Positions 13,441-25,569 of a stretch of DNA of 64,000 bases are shown piece after piece. The DNA lies in NCBI GenBank assembly GCA_002269645.1, contig NIVC01000010.1:496001-560000 (forward strand). The letters are read 5' to 3'. The stretch comes from Macrostomum lignano (Eukaryota). The number at the start of each line of letters is the position of its first letter. The first letter of the stretch is position 1. The notes below the pieces were generated by a model. That model saw nothing but the letters and a program-made list of their open reading frames with translations. It was not told the DNA's origin and ran no database searches. The position numbers were made by a program, and so were the translations under genes.

Positions 13441-14029
13441 AGGGCTGATGGCCAACCCAAGGCACAAAGAGTGTACATGCCTGATGAATGAAAAACCAGA
13501 GCCGCTGTGAGGGTGTGCATGAGTCCGTGCCTGCGAACGGTATTGGCTCAAGAGCGGAACGAACAGAATTGCCTACAGCATTGGTAGTAAGACGATTTCA
13601 CCCGAAGGCGAATCAATATTATAGTACCAAAGTACAAATCTGGGGCCACCTGAGCCTTGTAAATAAGGCATGCAAAAACTCTACCTTGAATAACAAGGCT
13701 GAATCACGAAAGCAAAGTTAGCATTGCCTAGTTAGGGAATTAGAAGAAAAAAAATCCCAACTAAAATAAGCCTATTTTTACTAGGAATAATTCCAGGTTA
13801 GTTCACTGTGAGCACGAACTCATGACCGACTAGCATTTAACAGTCGTCTGTAATCCGATTACCCACTCAATCGAGAATCAACATTGGGGATGGGGTGGGG
13901 CGAGATAATGCCACAATTCCCTAATCGTGTTCCCGTAGTTAGTGTGCTGTTAGGCGAAGCATGGCTAAAACAGTCCAACGAATCAAATGATCGTAAGGGC
14001 TCCAGAACAAATTATTGATTAACAAAATG

Positions 14030-14990
14030 ACCGATTGAGTACCAAAATGACCGATTGAGTACCAAAATTATCGATTGAGTACCAAAATGACCGATTGAGT
14101 ACCAAAATGACCGATTGAGTACCAAAATTATCGATTGAGTACCAAAATGACCGATTGAGTACCAAAATGACCGATTGAGTACCAAAATGACCGATTGAGT
14201 ACCAAAATGACCGATTGAGTACCAAAATGACCTACTGATTACCAAAATGACCTACTGATTACCAAAATGACCAACTGATTACCAAAATGACTAACTGATT
14301 ACCAAAATGACCAACTGATTACCAAAATGACCAACTGATTACCAAAATGACCAACTGATTACCAAAATGACCAACTGAGTACCAAAAGGACCGACTGAGT
14401 ACCAAAATGACCGATTGAATACCAAAATGACCGACTGAGTACCAAAATGACAAATTGAGTACCAAAATGACCGACTGAGTACCAAAATGACAAATTGAGT
14501 ACCAAAATGACCGATTGAGTACCAAAATGACCTACTGATTACCAAAATGACTAACTGATTACCAAAATGACCAACTGATTACCAAAATGACCAACTGATT
14601 ACCAAAATGACCAACTGAGTACCAAAATGACCGACTGAGTACCAAAATGACCGATTGAATACCAAAATGACCGACTGAGTACCAAAATGACAAATTGAGT
14701 ACCAAAATGACCGACTGAGTACCAAAATGACAAATTGAGTAACGAAATGACCGACTGAGTACCAAAATGACAAATTGAGTACCAAAATGACCGATTGAGT
14801 ACTAAAATGACCGACTGATTACCAAAATGATCAATTGATTACCAAAATGACCGACTGATTACCAAAATGACCAACTGATTACCAAAATGACCAACTGAGT
14901 ACCAAAAGGACCAACTGATTACCAAAATGACCAACTGAGTAACAAAATGACCAACTGATTACCAAAATGACCAACTAATTACCTAAATGT
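14030..14990. repeat. 20-bp minisatellite (ACCAAAATGACCGATTGAGT) with a 240-bp higher-order duplication
   Basis: Direct observation. Near-identical ORFs at 14319/14559 and 14339/14579 are offset by 240. Confidence 0.95.
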
Positions 14991-15190
14991 CTCAGTGGGA
15001 TGTCAGGGGAGTCTCAGTGGGATGTCAGGAGGGTCTCAGTGGGATGTCAGTAGAGTCTCCGGGAGATGTCAGTAGAGTCTCCGGGGGATGTCAGTAGAGT
15101 CTCCGGGAGATGTCAGGAGAGTCTCAGTGGGATGTCAGTAGAGTCTCCGGGAGATGTCAGTAGAGTCTCAATGGGGTATCAGTAGAGTCA
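14991..15190. repeat. 22-bp minisatellite (GATGTCAGTAGAGTCTCCGGGA)
   Basis: Direct observation, about 9 copies. Confidence 0.85.
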
Positions 15191-15760
15191 GTCAGATTTT
15201 CAACTCGATTGAGTGAAGGTCAGTAAAATGCCAGTTTGCTACTTGGCGAATGTCGGACATTCCTTCCCTGCCAAATCAATACAGAGGTTTCCATGCGGAG
15301 CACTTAATAAACTTAATAACCTTCCCGAGACCAGAGAGACCAGGCAGCTGGGGTCCTGCTAATGAACTGCGAGGAAAAAATTGCCAATAAAAAGTCCAAA
15401 CTCGGTAGACAGATGAAAACTATGAGCGTATGAGCTAAACTTCTTGAAGGCCGCCCCAATTGCTGTTGCTTTCTTTCTGCTTTCAATCAGCTCTGCACTT
15501 TCTATAGAGCTCTGGCTGTCTTGCCCCCGGCTCTGTATCTCTTCTGCCCGCATCTCCCCCTGCTTCAGCCTCTCTTCATTTGTGGCGGCTCCGGCGCGAC
15601 CAAAAAAACCGATCGATCAATAAATTCAATTCACCTTCGGTTGCTAATAAAGTGCCGTTGTTGTTGCTGTCTGTCGCTTGGAGCACGAGCTGGTCAGGGA
15701 CCCTTTTTTATAACCTGGACTGCGCATCTGCGAGTAGGCTTATTCTGCATTGATTTCAAA

Positions 15761-16281
15761 TGCTGGCGCCCCCGGTGCTGGCGCCCCCGGTGCTGGCGCC
15801 CCCGGTGCTGGCGCCCCCGGTGCTGGCGCCCCCGGTGCTGGCGCCCCCGGTGCTGGCGCCCCCGGTGCTGGCGCCCCCGGTGCTGGCGCCCCCGGTGCTG
15901 GCGCCCCCGGTGCTGGCGCCCCCGGTGCTGGCGCCCCCGGTGCTGGCGCCCCCGGTGCTGGCGCCCCCGGTGCTGGCGCCCCCGGTGCTGGCGCCCCCGG
16001 TGCTGGCGCCCCCGGTGCTGGCGCCCCCGGTGCTGGCGCCCCCGGTGCTGGCGCCCCCGGTGCTGGCGCCCCCGGTGCTGGCGCCCCCGGTGCTGGCGCC
16101 CCCGGTGCTGGCGCCCCCGGTGCTGGCGCCCCCGGTGCTGGCGCCCCCGGTGCTGGCGCCCCCGGTGCTGGCGCCCCCGGTGCTGGCGCCCCCGGTGCTG
16201 GCGCCCCCGGTGCTGGCGCCCCCGGTGCTGGCGCCCCCGGTGCTGGCGCCCCCGGTGCTGGCGCCCCCGGTGCTGGCGCCC
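15761..16281. repeat. Perfect 15-bp array (TGCTGGCGCCCCCGG) x34 plus a partial copy
   Basis: 15761-16270 is 510 bp, i.e. 34 identical units. No variant was seen. Confidence 0.97.
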
Positions 16282-16401
16282 AAAAACTTTAGCTACGCCC
16301 TTTTCCAATCCGGGCACGCGGAGGTCCCTGGCCCAGTGGAATCAATAGTGCCATGGCACTTGAGACACTTGCCCTATTAGGAGCTGCATGTGTTCGCTTA
16401 C

Positions 16402-16704
16402 ATTCAATCGGGTCATTATCGTATTTTCATCGGCTGCTCGCCGGAGAAGTGTGTGGCTGATGACATTACTGACTGACAGAGTGGGCGGGGGAGAGAGAGA
16501 TGGAGTGAGACAGCCGCAAAGCAAGTTGTTGGTTGTACAGCGAGTCAGAGTGGTGCAAATTCACCAGAATGCGAGCGATTGATTTAAGATGGATAATCGA
16601 CAGGGTTGATTGGCCTGCTCTGGGGTGCTGCGCCCCAAATTAACTGCGATCTCGATGCTGGTCTCAACAGGGCCAGATTGAAAGTGCGGCTTGGAGTCAA
16701 AACA
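16402..16704 (-). CDS. Candidate exon pair of an unidentified gene (16704-16565 and 16468-16402)
   Basis: Junctions are CTTCAG|exon|GTGAAT, then TCAG|exon|GTAAGC, and the phases join: CFDSKPHFQSGPVETSIEIAVNLGRSTPEQANQPCRLSILNQSLAF-C-NVISHTLLRRAADENTIMTRLN. No homology recognised. Confidence 0.4.
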
Positions 16705-16719
16705 CTGAAGAGTGGGTGA

Positions 16720-16998
16720 ATGTGTGAGTGAGTGAGTGAGTGAGTGAGTGAGTGAGTGAGTGAGTGAGTGAGTGAGTGAGTGAGTGAGTGAGTGAGTGTG
16801 TGAGTGAGTGAGTGAGTGAGTGAGTGGGTGAGTGAGTGAGTGAGTGAGTGAGTGAGTGAGTGAGTGAGTGAGTGAGTGAGTGAGTGAGTGGGTGAGTGAG
16901 TGAGTGAGTGAGTGAGTGAGTGAGTGAGTGAGTGGGTGAGTGAGTGAGTGAGTGAGTGAGTGAGTGAATGAGTAAGTGAATGAGTGAGTGAGTGAGTG
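16720..16998. repeat. (GAGT)n microsatellite
   Basis: Direct observation. Confidence 0.95.
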
Positions 16999-17894
16999 AC
17001 TGGCGAGACTGACAGGATAAGACTGGAGCAGCGCGAGCAGAGCTGATTCGAGGTTCCGGCTAGCAGCAGAGCAGCCGGGCAGTGAGGGGGTTCCCAGCGA
17101 CACGCCGAAGCCGGTGCAGCTTGGCAGCCGAGGCCCGTGGCACGCCTCAGTAAATAAGGCTACAGGCGCAGTGCATCCATGCCGAAATATAATTTCTTCC
17201 AGAGAGTGAGAGGAAGGCAGGCCGGGGTCTCAGCTGCAGCCTCTCCCCATCTTCATCATGCGCAGTCGCGGTGCATTTGCCAGCCATGTCCTCCTTCATA
17301 CCCTCCGCCAAGCAGTGCGGCTGTCCACTGCACAGCATTGCACAGTAAAGGAAAGATTGCTTTTGGACGCGAGCCCGGTGGTCCATGGCGACTGGGGCTT
17401 TGGGGATCGAGGGGGCCCGGAGCAGCTCATTATGGAGTCCGTTACGATATCCCGTTGCGGTTCTTGCAAGTGCCGCCTTCACACAGAGAAGGATGAAAAC
17501 TTTGTTAAATTGTTTCCCGCATTTCTCTTCACGGGTCAGGAACAGTAATTTTATTTTCAAAATCCCAGTTGCCAGGTGCAGAGTCTGGGTTCTGCATCTG
17601 CGTTTCTACCCTACCGCCAACCCCGGCACTCGAACTTTTTCTAACGCCAAGAGCGCACGAGGAGGCATTAGTGCCGCCTCCTTGAACAGACAGTTCAGCC
17701 AAGCGATTTCCCTTCAAGTTCTTCAGTAGCTAACGGGCCAACACTTGGCAATGAAATTGGGATTGAAGTACCTTTTCTCCTCTCTTGGGGGAGCAGACCG
17801 AGAGGGATTTTCTAACAAGGCCGCGGCCCACCAAACATGCCCTCCTTTGGCGTGGGTTCGAATTCTTCTCGCAGTTCACTTGGCGGAAGAAAAT

Positions 17895-19155
17895 ACGGAG
17901 TAGAGAGCGGAAAGGAATGCGGAGTAGAGAGCGGAAAGAAATAAGGGGTAGAGAGCGGAAAGATATGAGGGGTAGAGAGCGGAAAGATATGAGGGGTAGA
18001 GAGCGGAAGAAATGAGGAGTAGAGAGCGGAAAGATATGAGGGGTAGAGAGCGGAAAGATATGAGGGGTAGAGAGCGGAAGAAATGAGGAGTAGAGAGCGG
18101 AAAGGAATGCGGAGTAGAGAGCGGAAATAAATGCGGAGTAGAGAGCGGAAAGGAATGCGGAGTAGAGAGCGGAAAGGAATGCGGAGTAGAGAGCGGAAAG
18201 GAATGAGGAGTAGAGAGCGGAAAGGAATGCGGAGTAGAGAGCGGAAAGGAATGCGGAGTAGAGAGCGGAAAGGAATGCGGAGTAGAGAGCGGAAAGGAAT
18301 GCGGAGTAGAGAGCGGAAAGGAATGCGGAGTAGAGAGCGGAAAGGAATGCGGAGTAGAGAGCGGAAAGATATGAGGGGTAGAGAGCGGAAATAAATGCGG
18401 AGTAGAGAGCGGAAAGGAATGCGGAGTAGAGAGCGGAAAGGAATGCGGAGTAGAGAGCGGAAATAAATGCGGAGTAGAGAGCGGAAAGGAATGCGGAGTA
18501 GAGAGCGGAAAGGAATGCGGAGTAGAGAGCGGAAAGGAATGCGGAGTAGAGAGCGGAAATTAATGAGGAGTAGAGTGCGGAAGAAAATAAGGAGTAGAGA
18601 GCGGAAATATATGAGGAGTAGAGAGCGGAAAGATATGAGGGGTAGAGAGCGGAAGAAATGAGGAGTAGAGAGCGGAAAGATATGAGGGGTAGAGAGCGGA
18701 AAGATATGAGGGGTAGAGAGCGGAAGAAATGAGGAGTAGAGAGCGGAAAGGAATGCGGAGTAGAGAGCGGAAATAAATGCGGAGTAGAGAGCGGAAAGGA
18801 ATGCGGAGTAGAGAGCGGAAAGGAATGCGGAGTAGAGAGCGGAAATAAATGCGGAGTAGAGAGCGGAAAGGAATGCGGAGTAGAGAGCGGAAAGGAATGC
18901 GGAGTAGAGAGCGGAAAGGAATGAGGAGTAGAGAGCGGAAAGGAATGCGGAGTAGAGAGCGGAAAGGAATGCGGAGTAGAGAGCGGAAAGGAATGCGGAG
19001 TAGAGAGCGGAAAGGAATGCGGAGTAGAGAGCGGAAAGGAATGCGGAGTAGAGAGCGGAAAGGAATGCGGAGTAGAGAGCGGAAAGATATGAGGGGTAGA
19101 GAGCGGAAATAAATGCGGAGTAGAGAGCGGAAAGGAATGCGGAGTAGCGAGCGGA
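17895..19155. repeat. 24-bp minisatellite (GGAGTAGAGAGCGGAAAGGAATGC) with a 718-bp higher-order duplication
   Basis: Direct observation. Identical ORFs occur at 18131 and 18849. Confidence 0.95.
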
Positions 19156-19819
19156 TCGGACACCAATAATAGAAAGCTCAGATGCGCTAGAAATGAGAAC
19201 AGTATAAGATATGACTGAGTACGAAATGTATTTCAACAAAGTGAAGTTTTTTTTCAATTTCGATTAGAGAGCCGTGAGGGACATAAAGAACTCAGCCTTG
19301 TTCCCTTGTGTAGCAGACGGAATCCTGCAGACTACTTAAATCAATAGCAGCCGTCTCCATGGCCCTCGCGTAGAGTCTGCTCAGACCTTGTGTCCACTTG
19401 GCCAGCTTAACCTCGCCAGCTGCAGAATCAGCCTGCGAAATCCTTGGCTAATTCTTATCTGCCTCGCAGACTGTCCTTCGTCTTATTTACTATCAGCTCA
19501 AATAGAGAACAGGGCACAGATATTTCAGCTCTTTGTCTGCCCTGGCACCCTCTGTCTTATACATGTCCAGCAAATGAAGTGAAGAGGGATTACACAGCAG
19601 TGTCGGATTACTGGCATATTCCTTGCGCTGAAGAAAATTCAACCAAATATTTGAGATCAATTCGAAACATATACCTTAGTGTTATCAGCCTGCTGCTCGC
19701 GTCCCCATCGATCCATTAAACCCATGGCGCCCCAAAGCAGTCCCAGTGTTGACTGGCAAATCCCACAGCACCACACAGCCCACACGGCGCTCCAATAACA
19801 CTGCGGTGCCCGAAACCCC

Positions 19820-20585
19820 CTCACAACCCTCACAGCCCCACAATCCCTCAGCCACACAACCTACACAGCCCCCCACAACCCTCACAGCCACACCCTCTCA
19901 GCTCCCACAACCCCCTCACCCCCACAACCCCCTCATCCCCCACAACCCCCTCACCCCCCACAACCCCCTCACCCCCACAACCCCTCACCCCCCACAACCC
20001 CTCACCCCCCACAACCCTCTCACCCCCCACAACCCTCTCACCCCCACAACCCTCTCACCCCCTACAACCCCCTCACCCCCCACAACCCTCTCACCCCCTA
20101 CAACCCCCTCACCCCCTCACAACCCACTCACCCCCACAACCCTCTCACCCCCCACAACTCCCTCACCCCCACAACTCCCTCACCCCACAACCCCCTCACA
20201 CCCCACAACACCCTCACCCACCACAACCCACTCACCCCCACAGCCCCCACAACCCCCTCACCCCCCACAGCCCCCTCACCCCCCACAACCCACTCACCCC
20301 CACAGCCCCCACAACCCCCTCACCCCACAACCCCTCACCCCCCACAACCCACTCATCCCCCACAGCCCCCACAACGCCCACAAAACCTTCAGCCACACAA
20401 TCCCCTCAACCCCACACCCCCCTCAGCCCCCACAACCCCCTCACCCCCCCACAACCCACTCATCCCCCACAGCCCCCACAACGCCCACAAAACCTTCAGC
20501 CACACAATCCCCTCAACCCCACACCCCCCTCAGCCCCCACAACCCCCTGAGCTCCCACAACCCTTACAGCCCTCACAGCCCTCAC
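19820..20585. repeat. Imperfect C-rich repeat of about 18 bp (CCCACAACCCCCTCACCC)
   Basis: Direct observation. Confidence 0.85.
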
Positions 20586-20818
20586 AAATATTTTCGCGAA
20601 TTTCACTTGCACTTTCACTAGTCTCGAAAATACACTGCGTGTCCCTTCGTTTTTTACAAAGGTCTGAGATAAAAGAATTTTTTAGTTCACAAAAAATTCC
20701 AGACACTTTCAATACCGGCCGTTGATTGAAGTGGAGAGTTAATTAGCAATCGGGTTGATCTAGCGTGGGTTCCGGACGATAAAAGCTGAGCACTGCTCCA
20801 CTCTGCTGTGGAAATTGA
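20586..20818 (-). CDS. Candidate exon pair of an unidentified gene (20818-20716 and 20663-20586, 52-nt intron)
   Basis: Junctions are CTCGTAG|103 nt|GTATTG...TTTATCTCAG|78 nt|GTGAGG. The in-phase join reads SISTAEWSSAQLLSSGTHARSTRLLINSPLQSTA-D-LCKKRRDTQCIFETSESASEIRENI. Confidence 0.4.
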
Positions 20819-21194
20819 CTACGAGAAAGTTAAATTTAATTGGTGCCGTCTGAAGTGGAAAGAAAATAAAAAGCCAACGGGGAATTGGAAGTCATATTAA
20901 AATCCCTATTCATATCTGAATTTTTTCTTATCAATTTAGGCGAGCTACTAAGGCTAAACTAAATAACGAAACTAAAATATACATTAAAAAGTGAATTGTA
21001 AATTAACAAACTGTATCGTTTACTATGAGTAGCATCATAAAAATCTGAAGGATGTCTGTGTTAAAATGTACCTAAAAGGGTATAAACTTAGTCACAAAAA
21101 ATTCTTTATCTGGACAACTATAGGTACATAGAATTGTCTTTTTTCGACGGTAAACTATAAGTTCTAACAAAGTTTCACGCGTAGTAAGGGTCCC

Positions 21195-22100
21195 TGTGTC
21201 CCTTACAACACCCACCCCATGGCATTCTCTACCCCTCTGTCCCTTTCAGCACCCACCCCATGCCATTCTCTACCCCTCTGTCCCTTACAACACCCACCCC
21301 ATGGCATTCTCTACCCGGCCCTCTGTCCCTTACAACACCCACCCCATGGCGTTCTCTACCCCTCTGTCCCTTACAACACCCACCCCATGGCATTCTCTAC
21401 CCCTCTGTTTCTTGCAACACCCAACCCATGGCATTCTCTACCCCTCTGTCCAATTCAGCACCCACCCCATGCCATTCTCTACCCCTCTGTCCCTTACAAC
21501 ACCCACCCCATGGCATTCTCTACCCGGCCCTCTGTCCCTTACAACACCCAACCCATGGCATTCTCTACCCCTCTGTCCCTTTCAGCACCCACCCCATGGC
21601 ATTCTCTACCCCTCTGTCCCTTTCAGCACCCACCCCATGCCATTCTCTACCCCTCTGTCCCTTACAACACCCACCCCATGGCATTCTCTACCCGGCCCTC
21701 TGTCCCTTACAACACCCACCCCATGGCATTCTCTACCCCTCTGTCCAATTCAGCACCCACCCCATGCCATTCTCTACCCCTCTGTCCCTTACAACACCCA
21801 CCCCATGGCATTCTCTACCCGGCCCTCTGTCCCTTACAACACCCACCCCATGGCATTCTCTACCCCTCTGTCCAATTCAGCACCCACCCCATGCCATTCT
21901 CTACCCCTCTGTCCCTTACAACACCCACCCCATGCCATTCTCTACCCCTCTGTTTCTTGCAACACCCGTCTCACGCCTTTCCCTACCCCTCCGTCCCTTG
22001 CAACACCCACCTCACGCCATTCTCTTCCTCTCTGTCCCATGCAACACCCACCTCACGCCATTCTCTGCCTCTCTGTCCCTTGCAACACCCACCTCAAGCC
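21195..22100. repeat. 41-bp minisatellite (CCCTCTGTCCCTTACAACACCCACCCCATGGCATTCTCTAC), array 1
   Basis: Direct observation. The overlapping ORFs show 41-aa periodicity. Confidence 0.93.
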
Positions 22101-22802
22101 AAACTCTTTGGCTAAATTTTTTATGTCTCAAAACTTTTTAGTCACGAGTATTTATTGTTCTTAATGTATTTTGCTCTGCAGACACATTTACAGACGTACA
22201 GACACGCATATATATATATGATCTGCCCTGTTAGCAGCAGTCTTTATCTTACGTTTCCGTCTTACTAAAGTCAGTCACAGCTTTTAGCTATAAGCGTTTC
22301 AAAGAGTTTTTTGAAATTTTCGTGAGCGTCAAGTTTAAAAACTGGAGTAATGGCTCCAGGGCACTATTTTAATTTAGCTCACAGCAACTTTTTCACGTTA
22401 ATTCATTTCTTTAGTAGGAAACACTAGCTACTCATAAATTAGCGCCATGTCCTTTGCTTACAGTTCAAAATTTATCAAAAACTTTTGCAGCATTGAACAT
22501 TTAAAATTATCCATCTTAAACTCTATACGCTTGTAACATGAGTACTTAAAAAACACTGACGTCGCAAAATGAGTATAAAAAGCAAATCTATGGATATTTT
22601 TACTGCATGTTAGCATTCAGTCAATTGAAGAGTTTTATTTCCTTTTCGCTGATTGCAAAACTGATTGATTAATTAGTTTCTTAATTTAATTAAAATATTC
22701 CATTCTTTTTTGAACAAATCGAAATTAAATTAGAAATTTCATTTAACAATGCACAAGCAACAATCAGAAGAGGTATCCTCTTCAGGACTTGGCCGAAATT
22801 TT

Positions 22803-24284
22803 GATCCTTTCCGTTCCAGTCTGATGGTAAGCAGTGCTTACCATAGACTATTTGGCTTCTGACTGAGCCATAGATATTTTCTCTCTCCGTTCCGGTCGGC
22901 ATGGTAAGCAATGCTTATCAATAGATTTAGCCGACTAGGGTAGAAAAATAAACAAAACTGTACATCTAAGTAGCTTGTTTCTAGACTGAAAGCACAACTA
23001 GTCTCTGTACAAGAGTCAAGAGGGATGGGCAACACGAACCGTATAAGAAACGTGCTTTTTCCTAGCCCGCAGTCAGTTCAAACAGAGAAGCTAATCTGTC
23101 TCCTCACTCGTCTAGCTTTTTTAACAGCTTATACAGTGGCGCTTTATACTACAGTGGTTCTTGGACTCCTTAATTTTTTGTTCCCTGTACTTAATCCGTC
23201 TCAGTCTGGTTTGAGTCAAAAACTAAAACCAGTTCTTAAAGAGCTTGAAATGGCCCAAGCGGACGAAGTGTCTCAGGAACTCATAACATCGGACGACGAG
23301 GACGACCTCATATCAGTGTTCTGGACAATGCTGATGAGGACATAGCTGATGTGTTGTCATGGCGGCCTAGGTCATCAGCATCCAATGAATGAATTGCTGC
23401 CCAGGCTCTACGGTTAGTCCACTTAGCTAGGTCTTCAAACAACGAATCAGACAGGAATAAACCTAGGAAGAAGGAAGTTGTGTGCAGGCACTATTATTCC
23501 AGGATTCAGGCCAGGTGTTCCGAAAAACTCGATGTCTGTCGCCGATGCGTCGTTCCCAACGATAGCACCTTTGAGTTTGTCACAGTGGAACGAATGTAGC
23601 GCAAATGAAGTCAAGAAGTTGATTGGCATGTACCTGTACATGGGCAGCAACAAGAAGACTGAAATGAATGACTACTGGAGTACTGACAGCTACCACTCGA
23701 CGCCATATTTTCAAGCACCTGAGGTGCTCTTTAGAGAGCGCTTCAAGCAATTGCTCGGCTTTCTTCGCTTTTATAATTGCCATGAGGATCCCACACCTGG
23801 TGATCCGTTGTACAAGATTCGTCCATTTTTTTACAATTTGCGTGACACCTGCATGAACATCTACAGACCTGAGCAAGAAATAGGTATTGACGAGTCGTCA
23901 GTTCTTTACAAAGGACGACGAGGCTTCAAGCAGTACATTCCAACTAAGCGCGCCAGGTACGGCATCAAGCTGTACTGTGCTTGAGAGTCTGAAACAGGCT
24001 ACTTGTAACTTTCGAGTTCATGCTACTCCAGAGGAGAATCGTAGATTTGATGTAGATCCACAAAGCGAGCACCTGTCATTTAGCGAAAAAAATTGTGTCG
24101 AGCTTTGCCAAGATCTGTTGGACCAAGGCTACCGCATTTTTGTCGACAACCATAGCCGACCGGAACGGAGTGTGTATTTTACCATAGATTATATTTGATC
24201 TGAATCCTCTGACCTCTGTCTAGACTGAAACTAGGGTGTGCGCATGGTAAGCAGTGCTTACCATCAGACTTTTGGAGGTTTTAA
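22803..24284 (+). mobile_element. Decayed, internally truncated piggyBac transposon
   Basis: Transposase remnant with inverted subterminal copies of GTCTGATGGTAAGCAGTGCTTACCAT (22819-22844 and 24244-24269). The right end reads GGAGGTT-TTAA; the left end is degenerate. Confidence 0.7.
23250..24150 (+). pseudogene. piggyBac (PGBD4-like) transposase fragment
   Basis: IGMYLYMG...DYWSTD...RERFKQLLGFLRF...DPLYKIRPF...EIGIDESSVLYKGRRGFKQYIPTKRARYGIKLY, then a stop and frameshift, then LLDQGYRIFVDN. Truncated after the second catalytic Asp. Confidence 0.88.
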
Positions 24285-24374
24285 ATAGCGCAGACAATAT
24301 GGGCTCGTATCAGACAGTGAACTTCCAAAGCACCCAATGCCTTCAGTATTCTGTGCGCTTGAGAATTCTCTGCC

Positions 24375-24690
24375 TCTTTATCCTTGCAACACCCACTTCT
24401 CATTGATCTCTACCACACTGTCCTGTGCGACACCCACCTCACGCCAATCTCTACCCCTCTGTCCGTTTCAACACCCACCTCACGCCTTTCTCTACCCCTC
24501 TGTCCGTTTCAACACCCACCTTACGCCTTTTTCCACCCCTCTGTCCGTTTCAACACCCACCTTACGCCTTTTTCCACCCCTGTGTCCCTTGCAACACCCA
24601 CCTCAAGCCATTCTCACCCCACGGACTAATGAACTGTAACCCCAACCTCACGCCATTTTTTTAACCTTGGACCTGTTTAACACCCATCTT
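24375..24690. repeat. 41-bp minisatellite family, array 2 (same orientation as array 1, more diverged)
   Basis: Units such as CCCTCTGTCCGTTTCAACACCCACCTCACGCCTTTTCTCTAC. Confidence 0.85.
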
Positions 24691-25037
24691 TCGCAAATTC
24701 TCTTGCTATTTTTTTATATTTGAAAATCCCAAATGATGGCCATTTTAGTAACTGTACGATCGTAGCATCTAGTTAGCGCAGCCAAGATTTACTTTGACCT
24801 CAGAAAAGCTAGCTAGCTAGCTTGTTTAAACATCAGTGACTAATTTGCATACAGCCATTCCCGCTTTGAAATAGATTATATATCGAAGAATGCTCGTCGC
24901 TTGAAACCCCTTGAGACAGTAGCTTGTACACTCTTGACACACGTCAGTGAATATTTGGACAGAATTAGTCGCAACCAAACCTTTTTTAGAATTTTGACGC
25001 CATCTCCCAGCAAGCTCGCGTAGGAGGGTTTAGCCAG

Positions 25038-25140
25038 CCAATCAGGGATGGCGGCTTCAAGTGGGATTGGGTGGAGCCACTTGCCAATTGAGTGAAGAGG
25101 CTTGAAGCAATAACGCTAGCTATAGAATGCTACTATAAAA
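25038..25140 (+). promoter_or_regulatory. CCAAT boxes and TATA box of the neuropeptide-precursor gene
   Basis: CCAAT at 25038 and 25084, TATAAAA at 25134-25140. Followed by a non-coding exon ending GA|GTAAGT (intron 25231-25306). Confidence 0.6.
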
Positions 25141-25308
25141 CAAAAAGCTTTCACTCAGCTGAGTAATCCGCTGCCTGAAATTTTACACAAGCTGTTGAAA
25201 GAAAAGCGTAAAAACATTCGTCGAAACCGAGTAAGTGTTTTGCTATTTTCTATTCAGAACAGTATTTTCATGCTCTGCGATCGGGTTGACGGCTTTTTCG
25301 TTTTAGAC

Positions 25309-25460
25309 ATGCCCAAACAGACACAGTCTGCTGTGCTTTTGGCCGCGCTGATGCTGGCTGCTGTGGCTTCAGCTCTACCGACTGCGTATGAGTATGATGA
25401 CGGCTACCCTGCCGAGCATGACTTTGATAATCGGATTGCCGATCATTCGAGCGGCGAACG
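25309..25460 (+). CDS. Neuropeptide precursor, coding exon 1 (signal peptide plus acidic pro-region)
   Basis: TTTTAG|AC-ATG; MPKQTQSAVLLAALMLAAVASA-LPTAYEYDDGYPAEHDFDNRIADHSSGE; donor CG|GTAAGT (phase 2). Confidence 0.8.
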
Positions 25461-25569
25461 GTAAGTAGGTGATACGCTTGTATTGTGTATCATTTTAAAG
25501 ATTTGCCTTCTGTTTAGCGATGTTTAATGCAATCTTTTTTACAAAACGGATGGAAATGCAGAGCTCAGG

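Noticed and set aside
10773-13551. 915-, 921- and 387-aa ORFs
   Set aside because: Stop-free frames of a 24/22-bp tandem repeat, open on both strands, with no splice or domain context.
15694-16380. Collagen/elastin-like (GAPGA)n or (LAPPV)n proteins
   Set aside because: Translations of a perfect 15-bp repeat. There is no synonymous variation, which a real coding repeat would show.
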